The notes beneath the pieces were generated by a model that saw only the letters and a list, made by a program, of their open reading frames with translations, had not been told where the DNA came from and searched no databases. From positions 5,270,001 through 5,334,000 of the forward strand of contig NC_092680.1 in the NCBI RefSeq assembly GCF_964355755.1: 64,000 bases of DNA, written 5' to 3'. Shown here piece by piece: positions 61,801 through 64,000 of the stretch. The DNA is from Antedon mediterranea. Taxonomy: Eukaryota; Animalia; Echinodermata. The translations under genes and the position numbers were made by a program. Each line of letters opens with the position of its first letter. Position 1 is the stretch's first letter.

Positions 61801-62912
61801 AATTATGGTAGTGCTGATGTGATGTCATCATGCCATATATGGGCATATAACATTTTTTTGTCACATAACTTTGATAGTGTAGATAGAGCTTTTTTATATA
61901 GTTCAATCAGCCTTACAGTAGAAGTTAGTTTTGTGTTTGTTAGTTACATTCAACTTTATTCACATATAATACATACAGTACAATATGTGAAAAGAAAAAA
62001 AAACCCCCCTAAATATTGCCAATATTATTCATTCATTTTGTTTGCCTTATCTGCTGGATGTTTAGACATAATGATTTAGGAGATGTTCATCAACAAAAAC
62101 ATCAGTCAGTTGAAATGAAGAGAAAGAAAAGTAAGTAAAATAGAGTAATAACTACTTTAAAGTACCTTGAATCAGAGCAAGGCAATCTATAAACAGGATG
62201 CTGAGTTCCGGAGATCAAAGGTTTTATCTGTTAGCTAACAACTAAGGAAAGTCTTTTGTACACAAAATGTTGACAATTGTACAGTATATGATATATGATA
62301 TCATTACCTTTTTGCAATTTCCCTTATAGAGGATTTAGCTGCAATGCTAAAGGCACCTATTTTTCCAAGAGGATCTTCACAACTTTATTTGACATCAGGA
62401 GGTCACCTTTCCATACCATTCATGCAAGGTAAATTTGTAAAAATAATAGATCTCCTATTAAGGAGCAGAACCCAACAAAGTTTCAACCTAACTGGTGTCC
62501 CCGGAACAGGGGTTGACTATAGTGTTATAAACATACATTTTCCTTGTTTGTTTCATGAGGAAGTGTCCCTTTAATAACAATAGAAGTATCCCAAAAGAGG
62601 AATTCTACTGTAAAGCTATATCTGCACATCAAACTTTATGTCAATGACAAAAAAGTTATGTGCCCATATATGGGCATGATATTGTCATATCACTACCATA
62701 TTTGGGCATATCACTACCATATTTGGACACACTCTTTTTGTCAAACTAGTTTTATAGTGTAGACAGAACTTATTGAATGTTACAACCTGTCACTCATGCC
62801 ATTCACAGGTTCAACTGAAAGCAATGATGCATTACAAACGGCTAAAGGAAAACAAAGTATACAAGAACCAGTAACACTGAACAAACGAAAAAGAAAGTAT
62901 AAACGAAAGTAA
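55887..62912 (+). CDS. DDX24: DEAD-box RNA helicase DDX24 (Mak5), ~751 aa
   Basis: Exons 55887-56147, 56619-56832, 57180-57334, 58163-58474, 58562-58672, 58928-59046, 59554-59675, 59808-59926, 60204-60485, 60811-60928, 61212-61386, 62066-62130, 62330-62428, 62809-62912. [56 protein letters not shown] and DDX24-type GQWKPV..LEVLTDY. Confidence 0.95.
57725..58130 (+). mobile_element. LINE (L2/CR1 group) 3' fragment
   Basis: Reads [36 protein letters not shown], followed by a T-rich 3'UTR and AATAAA. Confidence 0.7.
59150..59345 (+). mobile_element. tRNA-derived SINE (family A variant)
   Basis: Same head and 3' end as 18695-18951 with a different middle. Confidence 0.75.
60490..60650. mobile_element. 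PIF/Harbinger-like MITE inserted in a DDX24 5' splice site
   Basis: GAG|G-TAA-AGCTCTCTCTACTCT..AGTGTAGACAGAGCT-TTA. Confidence 0.85.
61400..61732 (+). mobile_element. 5S rRNA + tRNA chimeric SINE, copy 2
   Basis: 61400-61513 is 5S-like (TACGGCCATAC..CGTTGAAACACCGGTTCTCGTCAGATCACCGAAGTTAAGCAACG..TGGATGGGAGACCG..GGGTGCTGTA). Then A box TGGTGTAATGG (61529), B box GGTTCGAG (61569), CORE/V-like CCTTAGGCAAGATGCTTTACTCTCATTGCC and an A-rich tail. Confidence 0.9.
61768..61890. mobile_element. PIF/Harbinger-like MITE
   Basis: AGCTATATCTACACT..AGTGTAGATAGAGCT. Confidence 0.8.
62614..62770. mobile_element. PIF/Harbinger-like MITE
   Basis: AGCTATATCTGCAC..AGTGTAGACAGAACT, 38 nt before the last DDX24 exon. 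Confidence 0.8.
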
Positions 62913-62984
62913 ATAAAAATAGGAGATATACTAATCAGAATACCATGATGAAAGTAAAAAAAGAAGAGCTATAATAATCAGAAT

Positions 62985-63590
62985 CCAGGTGGCGAGTCCC
63001 CGTGTCTCTCCAGGCGGCGAGTCCCCGTGTCTCTCCAGGTGGCGAGTCCCCGTGTCTCTCCAGGTGGCGAGTCCCCGTGTCTCTCCAGGTGGCGAGTCCC
63101 CGTGTCTCTCCAGGTGGCGAGTCCTTCTGTCTCTCCAGGTGGCGAGGAGTCCTGTCTCTCCAGGCGGCGAGTCCCTCTGGCTCTCCTGGCGGCGAGCCCC
63201 TGTGTCTCTCCAGGCGGTGAGTCCCTGGGTCTCTCCTGGCGGTGAGTCCCTGTGTCTCTCCAGGCGGTGAGTCCCTGTGTCTCTCCAGGCAGTGAGTCCC
63301 TGTGTCTCTCCAGGCGGTGAGTCCCTGTGTCTCTCCAGGTGGCGAGTCCCTGGGTCTCTCCAGGCGGTGAGTCCCTGTGTCTCTCCAGGCGGTGAGATCA
63401 TGTGTCTCTCCAGGGCGGTGAGTCCCTGTGTCTCTCCAGGCGGTGAGTCCCTGTGTCTCTCCTGGCGGTGAACTCCTGTGTTTCTCCAGGCGGTGAGTCC
63501 CTGTGTCTCTCCAGGCGGTGAGACCATGTGTCTCTCCAGGGCGGTGAGTCCCTGTGTCTCTCCAGGTGGCGAGTCCTTGGTCTCTCCTAG
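62985..63590. repeat. GC-rich 25-bp minisatellite, ~24 units
   Basis: Unit CCAGG(C/T)GG(C/T)GAGTCCC(C/T)GTGTCTCT starting at 62985, 63010, 63035 and so on; explains all ORFs at 62931-63675. Confidence 0.97.
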
Positions 63591-64000
63591 GCAATTGTGG
63601 GGAGGACACCAAAGATCCATAAAAACAGTAGTTTCAATAACAAAAAGAGTAAAATTAAACATTTCTCGTGACTAATGCATATTTAATCATGTTTATTCAA
63701 ATGCAGGAAAGCAATACAATAAATATAATTTAAACAGGTTATTTTCAATGTCATTACTTGCGTGTATCACCAGAGGATGTTAAAATATTAAATACAGTAT
63801 AAACTTGTTAAGTCTGATAAAATGTTTGTCCTTTTGTTAGTGTAGTGTAGAAGTAATTTCGACTTGTGTATTTATTTATTTTACGTACAAGAGTGGTCCA
63901 TCATTAGAGAACCTCACGAAAATACAATTTTACATTAACATACAACAATAATAATAATTAAATTTAAATAAATATAATTCATAAACATTTTAAAAATAAA

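Larger units (their letters stand above)
61387..62065 (+). other. U12-type (minor spliceosome) GT-AG intron of DDX24
   Basis: Donor CT|GTATCCTT; branch-like TTTGCCTTATC at 62041-62051 close to TTTAG|, with no polypyrimidine tract. Joining keeps the frame (EDLL-HNDLG). Confidence 0.8.

Noticed and set aside
62931-63675. Repetitive ORFs on both strands
   Set aside because: Translations of the 25-bp minisatellite, which cycles through all frames.

Overview
AT-rich, intron-containing animal genomic DNA. It is probably an invertebrate deuterostome such as an echinoderm; this is inference from gene content, repeat types and motif usage. The left ~29 kb is a gene-poor regulatory domain around one Id/emc HLH gene. 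It carries a close match to the ancient bilaterian ID1 enhancer (Bicore1, 8955-9043), further Smad/HES/Su(H) motif clusters and large (CAT)n arrays. The right ~35 kb is a dense block of six genes reconstructed exon by exon: ARFRP1 (+), an XK-related scramblase with a long repetitive C-tail (+), ESCO2 (-), MRGBP (+), RTF2 (-) and DDX24 (+). DDX24 has one GC-AG intron and one U12-type intron. Mobile DNA includes a young chimeric 5S rRNA + tRNA SINE (2 near-identical copies, apparently lacking the Nin/Deu domain of older relatives), other tRNA SINEs, about 18 copies of a PIF/Harbinger-like MITE, Kolobok- and pogo-like elements, LINE 3' ends and 20-37 bp micro-elements. The most unusual patterns are the chimeric SINE, a strong and spatially partitioned excess of TAGGCCTA (dispersed in the Id domain, clustered in first introns, nearly absent from gene bodies) and a kinase-site array plus degron-like motifs in the XKR tail. 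All counts and alignments were done by eye.
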